Shown here one piece after another: positions 17,721-27,967 of a stretch of DNA of 64,000 bases. Below the pieces are notes generated by a model. It searched no databases and was not told the origin of the DNA. It worked only from the letters and a program-made list of their open reading frames with translations. Position numbers and translations under genes: made by a program. Source of the DNA: Thermodesulfobacteriota bacterium. GTDB lineage: Bacteria > Desulfobacterota > Desulfobulbia > Desulfobulbales > SURF-16. Position 1 is the stretch's first letter. Each line of letters starts with the position of its first letter. The stretch is from NCBI GenBank assembly GCA_039715015.1, contig JBDLIE010000013.1, forward strand, positions 1-64,000, read 5' to 3'.

Positions 17721-19271
17721 ATGCAGATAAGAACAAAAATCAGCATTACAGTGGGGTTGGTGGTAGTGCTGTCCTATGGCATTACCTTCTACCGCACCTC
17801 GGCCTTTCAAAAGGAGCTGGTTTTTTCCCAGGTTCTGCAACAGGCCCGTATGTTGCAGCAGCAGGTTTTGATGACCAGGAAATGGGTCTCAGATCATAAT
17901 GGACTTTTTGTCCTGAAAACAGCGGATTCCCAGGCCAACCCTTTCCTGGAAGGCAAAGACCGCGAGATCCTGGATCGTAGCGGGCAGGCCTATGTAAAGC
18001 GCAACCCTGCCATGGTCACCAGGGAACTCTCCAGCTATTCTCATCAATCAGGGGCTTTCGAGTATCGAATCACCACCTTAAAACCGATCAATCCAGCTAA
18101 CAGTCCTGACGCTTTTGAACGCGCGAGCCTGCTCCGTTTCGAAGAAGGTGAAAAAGAAGTTTCCAAAGTGATGAGTAAGGACGGCAAGCAGGTGTTGCGT
18201 TATATTTCTCCACTCTATGTGGAGGAGTCCTGCATGGAGTGCCATGCCCATCAGGGCTACCAACTAGGCGATATCCGTGGTGCTCTTAGCACCACGATTC
18301 TTGTGGATTGGGCATATGGAGATATTAAGGCCAATAATAGAATGCTGCTCTTTATCTGCCTCGCCACAATCGTGGTGGTGGGTCTGGTCATCTATCTCTT
18401 CATGGATATTGTCGTTGTCCGCCGTCTAAATGGACTGGCGCAGGCTGTTGAACAGTATCCGGAGCAGGATGATTTTCGAGGCCTGATTCATAACGATGAC
18501 GAAATAGGCGTGTTGACAGAAAAATTTGAAGAGCTGGGAGATAGACTGCAATCTTCCCAGCATGAGTTAGACCAAACCAGGGAGCGGGTTTTTCAAAGTG
18601 AGAAGTTGGCTGCCTTGGGGCGGCTCGCAGCCGGTGTTGCCCACGAGGTGAACAATCCTTTGGGAGGTATGCTTAACTGCGTTAAGAGCATGGGTGAAAG
18701 CCCTGACGACCCTGAAATGAATGCACGATATCTGGGGTTGTTGGAAAAAGGTTTAAAGCGGGTTGGCAACATTGTTCGGCAGCTCCTCAATTTTGGCCGC
18801 CGCCAACCTGTTCAGTATGCAGTGGCCTCGTTTGATGAGTTAATTGCAGAGTGTTTAACCCTGCTGGAGTATAGCCTTAAAAATATTGATCTTCACCTTG
18901 AACTCCAGTTGCCGGAGCCGCGCCTTGTGGATGGAGAGGCCTTGCAGCAGATTGTTGTTAACCTTGCCCTTAATTCCATAAATGCCATGCCGGACGGGGG
19001 AGTGTTGACTCTGCGCACCTTTGAGGAGAAAGGCAGAATGGTTCTGGAGGTAGAAGACAGCGGTGAGGGGATACCCATGGAATGTATCGATAAGATTTAT
19101 GATCCTTTTTTTACCACCAAGGAGGTAGGCCAGGGCAGTGGTCTGGGACTATCCATTGTCTATTCGTTGGTGGAACGGATGCATGGGATCATTACCGTTG
19201 CCAGTGAGGTTGGCCGCGGTAGCTGTTTTAGGGTCGAGCTGAGTCCTGGAAGTCAGAATGGAGAAGAGTAG
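17721..19271 (+). CDS. Sensor histidine kinase with periplasmic c-type heme (DUF3365/Tll0287-like) domain
   Basis: TM, NPAMVTRELS, LKPINPANSPDAFE, CMECH, TM, HAMP, AHEVNNPL H-box, PFFTTK and GSGLGL. Confidence 0.92.
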   Translation: MQIRTKISITVGLVVVLSYGITFYRTSAFQKELVFSQVLQQARMLQQQVLMTRKWVSDHNGLFVLKTADSQANPFLEGKDREILDRSGQAYVKRNPAMVTRELSSYSHQSGAFEYRITTLKPINPANSPDAFERASLLRFEEGEKEVSKVMSKDGKQVLRYISPLYVEESCMECHAHQGYQLGDIRGALSTTILVDWAYGDIKANNRMLLFICLATIVVVGLVIYLFMDIVVVRRLNGLAQAVEQYPEQDDFRGLIHNDDEIGVLTEKFEELGDRLQSSQHELDQTRERVFQSEKLAALGRLAAGVAHEVNNPLGGMLNCVKSMGESPDDPEMNARYLGLLEKGLKRVGNIVRQLLNFGRRQPVQYAVASFDELIAECLTLLEYSLKNIDLHLELQLPEPRLVDGEALQQIVVNLALNSINAMPDGGVLTLRTFEEKGRMVLEVEDSGEGIPMECIDKIYDPFFTTKEVGQGSGLGLSIVYSLVERMHGIITVASEVGRGSCFRVELSPGSQNGEE

Positions 19272-20643
19272 AATGGAAACATTGACATCGTCCCAGAAGC
19301 CTCCTGTCAAGCTCTTGCTGGCTGAAGATGACGAGATCATGAGAATTACCCTGGTTGACCGGCTTCGCAAGGTGGGCTGGATTGTTGACGAGGCTGAAAA
19401 CGGCCGCGCTGCTTTGGGTTTGATTCGTAAAAATCAGTACCATTTGTTGATTTCCGACATCCGTATGCCGGAGTTGGATGGCAATGGTCTTCTTTCAGAA
19501 GTGATGCAGATTTCTCCAGATACAGATGTCATCTTCATGACCGCCTTTGGTGGAGTGGATAATGCTGTAGACTGCCTGCGTCATGGTGCTGCCGATTACC
19601 TTTTAAAGCCGTTTGATATGGATGATTTGATTATTCGTATTCAGAGGCTTCTGGCGGCTCAGTCTTTGAAGGCGAAATGTGTGTCTTTGGAGGAGTGTTG
19701 CCGCCGGGCCCAGAAACCTATTATTGGCAATGGCCCTGCCATGCGTGCGATGCTTAAAATGATCAGCCAGGTTGCCGTCACCGACGCCACCGTGCTGGTC
19801 ACCGGTGAATCAGGTACTGGTAAAGAGCTTGTGGCAGCGGCTATTTATCTTAATAGTCCCAGAGCAAAGGGGCCATATGTGCGGGTCAATTGTGCAGCCA
19901 TCCCGGAAGGCCTTATTGAGTCAGAGCTTTTCGGTCACGAGAAGGGAGCCTTCACTGGTGCTGATGTAGCCAAAAAGGGCAAGTTTGAGCTTGCCAATAA
20001 CGGCACCATTCTCCTTGATGAAATTGGTGAGTTGCCCCTCCATCTTCAGGCCAAAATGCTCCGAGTTCTCCAGGAAAAGGAGATAGAGCGTGTCGGTGGC
20101 AGCCAATCTATCAAGGTTGATACCCGGGTTATCTGTGCCACGGCTCGGCGCCTCGCCGATGAGGTTAATGCAGGTCGATTCCGGGAGGATCTTTATTACC
20201 GGTTGAAGGTGATTCCCGTGGAGGTGCCGCCTTTGCGGGAACGGAAAGAGGATATTGCTGAACTCTGTAGTTTTTTCTTTAAAGAGTTCAGCGGCGTTAA
20301 CCAAGAACCCTTGCGCATGTCTGAGGAGTCATTACAGATTCTGATGGCCTATGAGTTTCCCGGCAATGTTCGAGAGCTGCGGAACATCATTGAACGGATT
20401 TCAGTACTGGCCAACGGACCTGATGTTCAGCCTTGGAACTTGCCAGCTGATCTCACGGGTGGCAGCCGGCAGTTAGATGGCCAACAGCCGTTGGAAACTC
20501 TGGCCGAGGCGGTGCGGATGGCTGAGAAAAATTGCATAACACGCGCCCTGTCACGGACAGATGGTAAAAAAGCTGAAGCCGCGGTGCTCCTTGGGATAAG
20601 CCGTAAAAATCTTTGGGAAAAAATGAAAAACTATGGAATGTAA
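19258..20643 (+). CDS. Sigma54-dependent response regulator (NtrC family)
   Basis: REC domain (AEDD, DIRMP), GESGTGKE, GAFTGA, FREDLYYRL and a Fis-type HTH. Confidence 0.95.
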   Translation: MEKSRMETLTSSQKPPVKLLLAEDDEIMRITLVDRLRKVGWIVDEAENGRAALGLIRKNQYHLLISDIRMPELDGNGLLSEVMQISPDTDVIFMTAFGGVDNAVDCLRHGAADYLLKPFDMDDLIIRIQRLLAAQSLKAKCVSLEECCRRAQKPIIGNGPAMRAMLKMISQVAVTDATVLVTGESGTGKELVAAAIYLNSPRAKGPYVRVNCAAIPEGLIESELFGHEKGAFTGADVAKKGKFELANNGTILLDEIGELPLHLQAKMLRVLQEKEIERVGGSQSIKVDTRVICATARRLADEVNAGRFREDLYYRLKVIPVEVPPLRERKEDIAELCSFFFKEFSGVNQEPLRMSEESLQILMAYEFPGNVRELRNIIERISVLANGPDVQPWNLPADLTGGSRQLDGQQPLETLAEAVRMAEKNCITRALSRTDGKKAEAAVLLGISRKNLWEKMKNYGM

Positions 20644-20645
20644 TT

Positions 20646-21143
20646 ATGGTTGATGATCCAAGTAAAAGAGAGTTTTTACAAAATGGCAGGCCTTCACTTA
20701 TCCGGCCTCCTTGGGCGCTGCCGGAAGATGGTTTCGTGGCCAGTTGTACGAAATGCGATCTTTGCCTGGCCGCCTGTTCTCCTAAAATTATTGACCATGA
20801 CATGGTGGGCTATCCAAAGGTCAATTTCAGCAAGGGCGAATGCAGCTTTTGTAGACAATGTCTGGAGAAATGTCCCACCCAAGCCTTGACCGGTGAACTT
20901 GATACACCGCCATGGTCTCTTAAGGTCGAGATTCTGTCATCCTGTTTGGTGCTGCAGGGGACCTCGTGCCGGAGCTGTGGTGAATATTGTCCGAGAGGAG
21001 CTATTTCCTTTCAACCCGCTGAGTCTGGTCGGAGTGAGGTGCTTATCGACCAAAATAACTGCACCGGATGCGGGGCGTGTTTAGGGGTTTGTCCAGCCCA
21101 ATGCATCCGTATCGAATATGCGGGAAATTCCGTATCATCATAA
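20646..21143 (+). CDS. napF: Ferredoxin-type protein NapF
   Basis: RPPWA followed by four CxxCxxCxxxCP-type clusters; ATG 2 bp after the regulator stop. Confidence 0.9.
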   Translation: MVDDPSKREFLQNGRPSLIRPPWALPEDGFVASCTKCDLCLAACSPKIIDHDMVGYPKVNFSKGECSFCRQCLEKCPTQALTGELDTPPWSLKVEILSSCLVLQGTSCRSCGEYCPRGAISFQPAESGRSEVLIDQNNCTGCGACLGVCPAQCIRIEYAGNSVSS

Positions 21144-21171
21144 AGAGACATCTAGCTAAGACCTGAAGGAT

Positions 21172-21220
21172 GTTTCCGTTTAGTAACATTAACCCTGGCC
21201 CCAGGTTACCTTCTGGTAAC
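21172..21220. promoter_or_regulatory. Tandem putative activator sites upstream of napD
   Basis: GTTACCTTCTGGTAAC (21205-21220) and imperfect GTTTCCGTTTAGTAAC (21172-21187), offset by 33 bp. Confidence 0.7.
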
Positions 21221-21348
21221 TTTTTGGTGGTGTCCCATCTGTGTTCATTGGGTTGATCTCATTCATTTGTTGAAAAAAATCCAAGCACACAGCAGAAGTC
21301 TCGCTAGGCAAGAGCTTTAGCCCTTTGCCTGATCTGGCTTATGAAGTG

Positions 21349-21364
21349 TGGCATGTCTTTTGCT
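21349..21364 (+). promoter_or_regulatory. Sigma54 (-24/-12) promoter of napDAGHBC
   Basis: TGGCATGTCTTTTGCT closely matches TGGCAC-N5-TTGCW. Confidence 0.85.
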
Positions 21365-21445
21365 CATTAGGGACGTTATGTGGATTCGGCAGATCGTGCA
21401 GCCGGAATAATCAATAAAACCAATCAGGCAGACAAAGGTGGTGCT

Positions 21446-21694
21446 ATGAATATCGCAGGGGTGCTGGTTCATGCCAGGCCAGAGCACGAAGCAGAGGTTG
21501 AAACTGCCCTGGCTGCCATTGGCGGCGTGGAGATTCACGCCAAGACCGATGATAGCCGTTTTGTGGTCACTGTTGAAGAACAGGGCCATCATCTGTCTGA
21601 TACCCTGATTGAGCTTAACCATATTAAAGGAGTGCTCTCGGCAGCCATGGTCTACCAACATGCCGAGGATGAGGAAGTCACGGAAGCCGATTGA
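21446..21694 (+). CDS. napD: NapA chaperone NapD
   Basis: [12 protein letters not shown]...GVEIHA...VVTVE...[11 protein letters not shown]. Confidence 0.92.
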   Translation: MNIAGVLVHARPEHEAEVETALAAIGGVEIHAKTDDSRFVVTVEEQGHHLSDTLIELNHIKGVLSAAMVYQHAEDEEVTEAD

Positions 21695-21786
21695 TAATCA
21701 GTCTGGCAGACTTGGGTGGGCCGTTTCACGATCCTTTGGAGGGAGAGTGGCGAGCGCTGCCGGGCTGCAAGCAAGGAGGAGAGCAT

Positions 21787-24300
21787 ATGAAACTGACGAG
21801 GCGTAAATTTATTAAGACCAATGCGATTGCCGCCACTGCCATCGCTGCCGGGGTAAACCTGCCGGGGAATAAGGCTCTGGCTGCAAAGGGAGAAGATCCC
21901 ACCATCCGCTGGGATAAAGCACCCTGCCGTTTCTGCGGAACGGGCTGTAGCGTTCTGGTCGGCACCAAGGATGGCAAGATGGTCGCCTCACAGGGTGATC
22001 CTGATGCGCCGGTCAATAAGGGGTTAAACTGCATCAAAGGCTATTTCCTATCCAAGATTATGTACGGCAAGGATCGCTTGACCCGGCCGATGTTGCGGAT
22101 GAAGAACGGTACGTATGCTAAAGATGGCGAGTTTGCCCCTGTATCCTGGGACACGGCTTTTGACGTAATGGCTGCTAAATGGAAAGAGTCCCTGAAGAAA
22201 AAAGGGCCAAGCGCCGTAGGCATGTTTGGCTCCGGGCAATGGACCGTTTGGGAGGGCTACGCCGCTGCCAAGCTCTTTAAGGCAGGGTTCCGATCCAATA
22301 ATATTGATCCCAATGCCCGGCACTGTATGGCCTCCGCGGTTGCCGGTTTTATCCGGACCTTTGGCTCCGATGAGCCCATGGGTTGCTATGATGACCTTGA
22401 ACATGCCGATGCCTTTGTCCTCTGGGGCTCCAATATGGCGGAGATGCATCCCATCCTTTGGTCACGCCTCACCGACCGGCGTCTCACTGCCTCCCATGTC
22501 AAGGTGGCGGTCCTTTCCACCTTTGAGAATCGTAATTTTGAGCTCGCCGATCTTGGCATGATCATGAAACCCCAATCTGATCTAGCAATTCTTAATTACA
22601 TTGCCAATTACATCATTCAAAATGGCAAGGTTAATGAGGAGTTTGTTCGCAAGTCCGTGAACTTTAAAAAGGGTAATACGGACATCGGCTACGGCCTGAG
22701 GCCCGCCGATCCGCGCGAGAAGAATGCCAAGAACTCCAAAAAAGCAGGAGGAGCATCACCGATCAGCTTTGATGAATACAAGGCATTTGTGGCCGACTAT
22801 ACCCTGGAAAAAGCCCATGAGATTTCCGGGGTTCCCAAGGATCAGTTGCTGAAGCTGGCCAAGCTCTACGCTGATCCGAAAGTTAAGGTCGTTTCCTATT
22901 GGACCATGGGCTTCAACCAGCATAGTCGCGGAACTTGGGCTAATAATCTCGTTTACAACATCCACCTGCTCACCGGTAAAATTTCTGAACCAGGCAATGG
23001 CCCCTTTTCGTTAACCGGCCAGCCTTCGGCCTGCGGAACGGCCCGTGAGGTGGGCACCTTTGCCCACCGGCTCCCTGCCGACTTGGTTGTCAAAAAGCCA
23101 GAGCATCGCGCTTTTTCGGAAAAGATATGGAAACTGCCAGAGGGCACCTTGCCCGGTAAGGTGGGTTTTCATGCTGTTTTGATGCAGCGCAAGATGAAAG
23201 ATCGGGAGATGAACTGCTATTGGCAGATGTGCAACAACAATATGCAGGCTGGCCCCAATATTAATGATGAAATGTATCCTGCCTGGAGGGACCCGGAGAA
23301 CTTCATCGTGGTCTCCGACCCCTATCCCACCGTATCTGCCATGGCGGCCGACCTGATTTTGCCCACAGCCATGTGGGTGGAAAAGGAAGGTGCCTATGGT
23401 AACGCCGAACGCCGTACCCAGTTTTGGCGGCAACAGGTCAAGGCGCCGGGCCAGTCCCAGTCCGACCTCTGGCAGGTGGTAGAATTCTCCAAGCGTTTCA
23501 AGGTTGAAGAGGTCTGGCCCGCTGAACTCCTGGCCAAGAAACCTGAATATAAGGGTAAGACCCTCTACGATGTCCTGTATGCCAATGGTCAGGTCGATAA
23601 ATTCGGCAAGCAGAAAGTCACCGACATGGCCGGCAATGCTTACGATAATAGCGAGATGGACCATTTTGGTTTTTATCTCCAGAAAGGGCTCTATGAGGAG
23701 TATCGCCTCTTTGGTCTCAAGGGACCCAAGAAGGGCCATGAGCTGGCAGAGTTCGACCAATATCATAAGTCTCGAGGCCTGCGCTGGCCGGTTATAAACG
23801 GCAAGGAAACCCTGTGGCGTTACCGGGAAGGATACGATCCCTACGTCAAGAAAGGCGAGGGCGTTGTTTTTTATGGCAAAAAGGATGGCCGGGCAAATAT
23901 CTTTGCTCTGCCCTGGGAGCCGGCTGCCGAGTCGCCAGATAAGGAGTATGACCTCTGGCTCTGTACCGGTCGTGTTCTGGAGCATTGGCATTCCGGCTCC
24001 ATGACCCAGCGTGTGCCTGAACTTTATCGGGCCGTGCCCAATGCTGTGGTCTTCATGAACCCCAAGGATGCGGAAAAACGCGGCCTCCGGCGCGGAGTTG
24101 TCGCTAAGCTCATGACCCGGCGCGGCGAAATTACCGCCACCGTCGAAACCAGGGGCAGAAACCGGATGCCGGAAGGCTCGATCTTTGTACCTTTCTTCGA
24201 TGCCAGACGGCTGGTCAATAAGCTGGTGCTTGATGCCACCTGTCCCATTTCTAAAGAGACCGATTTTAAGAAATGCGCGGTCAAGGTGACTAAGGCATAG
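21787..24300 (+). CDS. napA: Periplasmic nitrate reductase catalytic subunit
   Basis: Tat signal [15 protein letters not shown]...[14 protein letters not shown] (Mo ligand Cys), [11 protein letters not shown] and DFKKCAVK. Confidence 0.97.
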   Translation: MKLTRRKFIKTNAIAATAIAAGVNLPGNKALAAKGEDPTIRWDKAPCRFCGTGCSVLVGTKDGKMVASQGDPDAPVNKGLNCIKGYFLSKIMYGKDRLTRPMLRMKNGTYAKDGEFAPVSWDTAFDVMAAKWKESLKKKGPSAVGMFGSGQWTVWEGYAAAKLFKAGFRSNNIDPNARHCMASAVAGFIRTFGSDEPMGCYDDLEHADAFVLWGSNMAEMHPILWSRLTDRRLTASHVKVAVLSTFENRNFELADLGMIMKPQSDLAILNYIANYIIQNGKVNEEFVRKSVNFKKGNTDIGYGLRPADPREKNAKNSKKAGGASPISFDEYKAFVADYTLEKAHEISGVPKDQLLKLAKLYADPKVKVVSYWTMGFNQHSRGTWANNLVYNIHLLTGKISEPGNGPFSLTGQPSACGTAREVGTFAHRLPADLVVKKPEHRAFSEKIWKLPEGTLPGKVGFHAVLMQRKMKDREMNCYWQMCNNNMQAGPNINDEMYPAWRDPENFIVVSDPYPTVSAMAADLILPTAMWVEKEGAYGNAERRTQFWRQQVKAPGQSQSDLWQVVEFSKRFKVEEVWPAELLAKKPEYKGKTLYDVLYANGQVDKFGKQKVTDMAGNAYDNSEMDHFGFYLQKGLYEEYRLFGLKGPKKGHELAEFDQYHKSRGLRWPVINGKETLWRYREGYDPYVKKGEGVVFYGKKDGRANIFALPWEPAAESPDKEYDLWLCTGRVLEHWHSGSMTQRVPELYRAVPNAVVFMNPKDAEKRGLRRGVVAKLMTRRGEITATVETRGRNRMPEGSIFVPFFDARRLVNKLVLDATCPISKETDFKKCAVKVTKA

Positions 24301-24317
24301 GCCTTTTGTAAACAGCT

Positions 24318-25106
24318 ATGACTGACGAAAAGGAAAAATCCAGCAAGGGTACGAGCCGCAGAATGTTTCTGCGTGATTCGGCGCGAACTGCCTGCGGTGT
24401 TGCCCTCTTTGGTTTGGGCTTGGGCCTCTATGGCGGCAGGCAAGGAGAGGCCATGCCTTTTTATGCCTTCAGGCCGCCCGCTGCTCTGGCTGAGGATCGT
24501 TTCTTGGCGGCCTGTATCCGCTGCGGTCAATGTGTGCGAGCCTGCCCCTATAGCACCCTGCGTTTGGCCAGCCCGGCGGAAAAAGTCGCCACCGGTACTC
24601 CCTACTTCATCGCCCGCCAGATTCCTTGCGAACTCTGTGAGAACCGGCCCTGCATCAAGGCCTGTCCCTCCGGGGCCCTTGATCCAGATTTGACCGATAT
24701 CTACAAGTCGCGCATGGGTTTAGCGGTGTTGCTCGACCAGGAGAACTGTCTTAACTATCTCGGCTTGCGCTGCGATGTCTGTTACCGCAGTTGTCCGCTG
24801 ATTGATAAGGCCATCACCCTGGATGCCCAACATAATAGGCGCAGCGGCAAGCACACCATGTTCATCCCCAAGGTCCACTCCAAGCATTGTACGGGCTGCG
24901 GCAAGTGCGAGAAGTCCTGCGTCTTGGAAAAGGCGGCCATTAAGGTGGTACCTCTTGATCTGGCCAAGGGAGAGTTGGGGCACCATTACCGTCTGGGCTG
25001 GGAAGAAAAGGCCAAGGCCGGTAAGAGCCTGATCCCTGAGCAGCTCGACCTGCCTGATCGGCAGCCGGAGTGGCAGTCTCCTTTTAATAAGGAGTGGAAG
25101 CCATGA
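24318..25106 (+). CDS. napG: Ferredoxin-type protein NapG
   Basis: Tat-like [34 protein letters not shown] and CTGCGKC. Confidence 0.95.
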   Translation: MTDEKEKSSKGTSRRMFLRDSARTACGVALFGLGLGLYGGRQGEAMPFYAFRPPAALAEDRFLAACIRCGQCVRACPYSTLRLASPAEKVATGTPYFIARQIPCELCENRPCIKACPSGALDPDLTDIYKSRMGLAVLLDQENCLNYLGLRCDVCYRSCPLIDKAITLDAQHNRRSGKHTMFIPKVHSKHCTGCGKCEKSCVLEKAAIKVVPLDLAKGELGHHYRLGWEEKAKAGKSLIPEQLDLPDRQPEWQSPFNKEWKP

Positions 25107-25960
25107 GCAGAGAGATGGAAACCGCAAACGTAGCCAGATCCAACAAAGGCTGGTTTGCGGCTCATAAATGGCTGATCCTCAGAAGGACGAGTCAGTTTGC
25201 CGTTCTGGCCCTATTCTTGGCAGGGCCGCTCACGGGAATCTGGATTCTGAAGGGCAGCCTGGCAGCCAGTCGTTTGCTGGATACAGTGCCCCTTGTTGAC
25301 CCCTATATTCTGCTGCAGAGTGTTTTTGCCGGTCATCCGGCCAGTGCCACCGCGCTAACTGGTGCCGTGATCATTGCCGCTTTTTATCTGCTTGTCGGTG
25401 GCCGGGTCTACTGTTCCTGGGTCTGCCCGGTCAATATGATTACGGACTTGGCTGCCTGGTTGCGAAGCCGCTTGGGCTGGCGGGAAGGGATGATTTTTTC
25501 CAGTGACATCCGCTATTGGATACTGGTGATGGCTCTGGTCCTTTCTGCTCTTTGCGGCATGGTGGCCTGGGAGTTGATTAACCCTGTGACCACTCTGTAC
25601 CGGGGGCTCCTTTTTGGCATGGGGTTGGCCTGGCTGCTGCCCCTGGCTGTCTTTTTGTTTGATCTGTTGGTCGCTAGGCGTGGCTGGTGTGGTCATCTCT
25701 GTCCGGTGGGGGCTTTTTACAGTCTCTTAGGCCTGCTGAGTCCGCTCCGGGTCCGGGCAGTTGGGCGGCAAAAGTGCACAAAATGTATGGACTGTTACGC
25801 GGTGTGTCCTGAGCCATATGTTATTAGCCCCGCCCTGACCGGAGCTGATGAGGGTCAGGGACCGGTGATTTTGTCACCAAACTGTACCAACTGCGGGAGA
25901 TGCATTGACATCTGCGCTGAACAGGTATTTTCCTTCGGCAGCCGCTTTGATAATCGATAA
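25103..25960 (+). CDS. napH: Quinol dehydrogenase membrane subunit NapH
   Basis: [26 protein letters not shown] and two C-terminal 4Fe-4S motifs. Confidence 0.95.
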   Translation: MSREMETANVARSNKGWFAAHKWLILRRTSQFAVLALFLAGPLTGIWILKGSLAASRLLDTVPLVDPYILLQSVFAGHPASATALTGAVIIAAFYLLVGGRVYCSWVCPVNMITDLAAWLRSRLGWREGMIFSSDIRYWILVMALVLSALCGMVAWELINPVTTLYRGLLFGMGLAWLLPLAVFLFDLLVARRGWCGHLCPVGAFYSLLGLLSPLRVRAVGRQKCTKCMDCYAVCPEPYVISPALTGADEGQGPVILSPNCTNCGRCIDICAEQVFSFGSRFDNR

Positions 25961-26002
25961 CGGCAATTTAAAAGCATAAAATACGGCAGAGGAGTTGAGA
26001 AC

Positions 26003-26449
26003 ATGAAGAGATATATGAGGTTATACCTGGTGATGTTTGTCGCATTTTTGATCACCATGCCCTTGCAGGTTGTGGCTGAAGAAGTGCAGTCGCTGCGTGG
26101 TCCCCGAGATGTCCAGTCTGCATCCCAGGAGCCTGAGGTTGACAAGTTGATTGCTGACCAGAAGCCTCTTAAACGTGATTTTATCCAACAGCCACCGCTC
26201 ATTCCCCATAAAACGGAAGGCTATAACGTCACCCGCCGCTACAATAAATGTCTTAGTTGTCATAGCTGGGCCAATCACAAGGCGGCCGGCGCCACAAAGA
26301 TCAGCCCAAGCCATTTTGTTGACCGTGATGGCAATGAGCTGACCAACCTGTCGGCACGCCGTTATTTTTGTACCCAGTGCCATGTAACCCAGGTGGACGC
26401 CCCCCCCCTGATTGAAAATACCTTTGAGCCGGTTCAGGCCATTAAGTAG
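26003..26449 (+). CDS. napB: Diheme cytochrome c NapB
   Basis: QQPPLIPH, CLSCH, SPSHF and RYFCTQCHV. Confidence 0.95.
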   Translation: MKRYMRLYLVMFVAFLITMPLQVVAEEVQSLRGPRDVQSASQEPEVDKLIADQKPLKRDFIQQPPLIPHKTEGYNVTRRYNKCLSCHSWANHKAAGATKISPSHFVDRDGNELTNLSARRYFCTQCHVTQVDAPPLIENTFEPVQAIK

Positions 26450-26504
26450 GGACGATAGGTCCGCTGTTTCAGACAATCGATACCTTTAACTGCAGGAGTT
26501 TACT

Positions 26505-27110
26505 ATGCTTGATAATAATAAGGGATGGTGGGACAAGCTGAGAAGTCCGAGTCGCCACTATTCGGTGATTGCTCTGGTGGGCATTGGGTTTTTCCTGGGA
26601 GTTGTGGTGTTGACCGCCTTTTTGGGAGAACTTAAGGCAACCGCCTCAGAGTCTTTTTGTATTTCATGTCACGAGATGCGCGAGAATGTTTATAAGGAAT
26701 ATCAAAACACCGCCCATTTTAACAGCAAAAGCGGGGTGCGGGCCACCTGTTCCGATTGTCATCTCTCCAGGGATTTTATGCTGAAGGTCGCCCGGAAAAC
26801 CGTGGCAGTGCGGGAATTATTTCATAAGCTGAAAGGCACCATTGATACCCGTGAAAAATTTGAGAACCATCGCTTGGCTATGGCCAAGTCGGTGTGGGCG
26901 GAAATGAAGGCCAATGATTCTCGCGAGTGCCGCAGCTGCCATGATGCCAAAGCCATGGATTACGGTAAACAGTCTAGGCGGGCCCGTATTCAGCATATCC
27001 GCGGTGATGACGAGGGCCTAACATGTATCGAATGTCATAAGGGAGTCGCTCATCTCCTCCCTGATATGAAGGAGATTGATCCCTCGGGGGTGATCGCTAT
27101 CTCCCAGTAA
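26505..27110 (+). CDS. napC: NapC/NirT tetraheme quinol dehydrogenase
   Basis: N-terminal TM; CISCHEM, CSDCH, CRSCH and CIECHKG. Confidence 0.95.
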   Translation: MLDNNKGWWDKLRSPSRHYSVIALVGIGFFLGVVVLTAFLGELKATASESFCISCHEMRENVYKEYQNTAHFNSKSGVRATCSDCHLSRDFMLKVARKTVAVRELFHKLKGTIDTREKFENHRLAMAKSVWAEMKANDSRECRSCHDAKAMDYGKQSRRARIQHIRGDDEGLTCIECHKGVAHLLPDMKEIDPSGVIAISQ

Positions 27111-27133
27111 AATATAAGCAGGCTGATAACAGT

Positions 27134-27170
27134 AAAAAAAGGGCCGTCCTTAATCGGGACGGCCCTTTTT
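27134..27170. terminator. Bidirectional terminator between napC and trpA
   Basis: AAAAAAAGGGCCGTCC...GGACGGCCCTTTTT. Confidence 0.88.
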
Positions 27171-27196
27171 GCGCCTTGTTCGGCAATTGTCGAATT

Positions 27197-27967
27197 TTAG
27201 CGCAGGCTGGCAATAAAGGGACCCACAGCTTCAGGGCCTTTGTCATCAACCAGGTTAATGGTTGCCGTGCCGATGACGCCGATATCTGCCTTGCCGGTGA
27301 GGTAGGCAATGTCATCGCGGTTACTGATGCCAAAACCCACGGCCAGGGGCAGGGCAGTGCCCCGGTGGCAGCGGGCCATATAATCGTCAAAGGCGGCGTC
27401 GAAATCGGTTTGTCTGCCGGTCACCCCTTTTCTTGCCACACAATAGATAAAGCCCTTGGCGCTTGCGGCAAGCTCCTGCATACGCTCTTCAGTAGAAGTA
27501 GGGGCGTAGATGAGGATGGGGGCAATATCATATTGAGCTGCCAGGCTCCAGAACTCCTCGCCTTCCTCAGGAGGAAGATCAGGGATGATAAAGCCCTTGA
27601 TGCCGATCTCCTTGGCCTTCTTGAAAAAATTCTCCATGCCGTATTTGTAGAGGATATTGTAATAGGTCATAAAGAGAAAGCTGGTGTTGTGTTCGCTGCA
27701 CATTTCAGCGGCAAATTCCATACAGGCTTTCACCGTGGTTCCGTTTTCAATGGCCTCCTGGTTGGCCCGGACAATGGTGGGTCCATCGGCCATGGGTTCG
27801 GAAAAGGGGATTTGCATCTCAATGAGCTCAACGCCGTTTTCCACCATCTGCTTAATGACCTCGCGGTTAACCGTAAGCGAGGGGTAGCCCAAGACGATAT
27901 GGGTCATAAGCAGGATATCTTTTTCAGGACGGGCAAGTTCTTCCCGGATTGTTTTTTCAAGCTGCAT
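27197..27967 (-). CDS. trpA: Tryptophan synthase alpha chain
   Basis: EMQIPFSEPMADGPTI, MTYYN, IIPDLP, GVTG and VGFGI. Confidence 0.93.
   Translation of the reverse strand: MQLEKTIREELARPEKDILLMTHIVLGYPSLTVNREVIKQMVENGVELIEMQIPFSEPMADGPTIVRANQEAIENGTTVKACMEFAAEMCSEHNTSFLFMTYYNILYKYGMENFFKKAKEIGIKGFIIPDLPPEEGEEFWSLAAQYDIAPILIYAPTSTEERMQELAASAKGFIYCVARKGVTGRQTDFDAAFDDYMARCHRGTALPLAVGFGISNRDDIAYLTGKADIGVIGTATINLVDDKGPEAVGPFIASLR

Noticed and set aside
23011..23991. Long antisense ORFs (326 aa here; also 42459-43373, 30146-30901 and 59848-60741)
   Set aside because: They are shadows of conserved genes on the opposite strand and carry no motifs.
21787..24300. Selenocysteine recoding in NapA or other redox genes
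   Set aside because: The ORFs are uninterrupted, with Cys at the Mo ligand (ARHCMAS); no in-frame TGA is needed.
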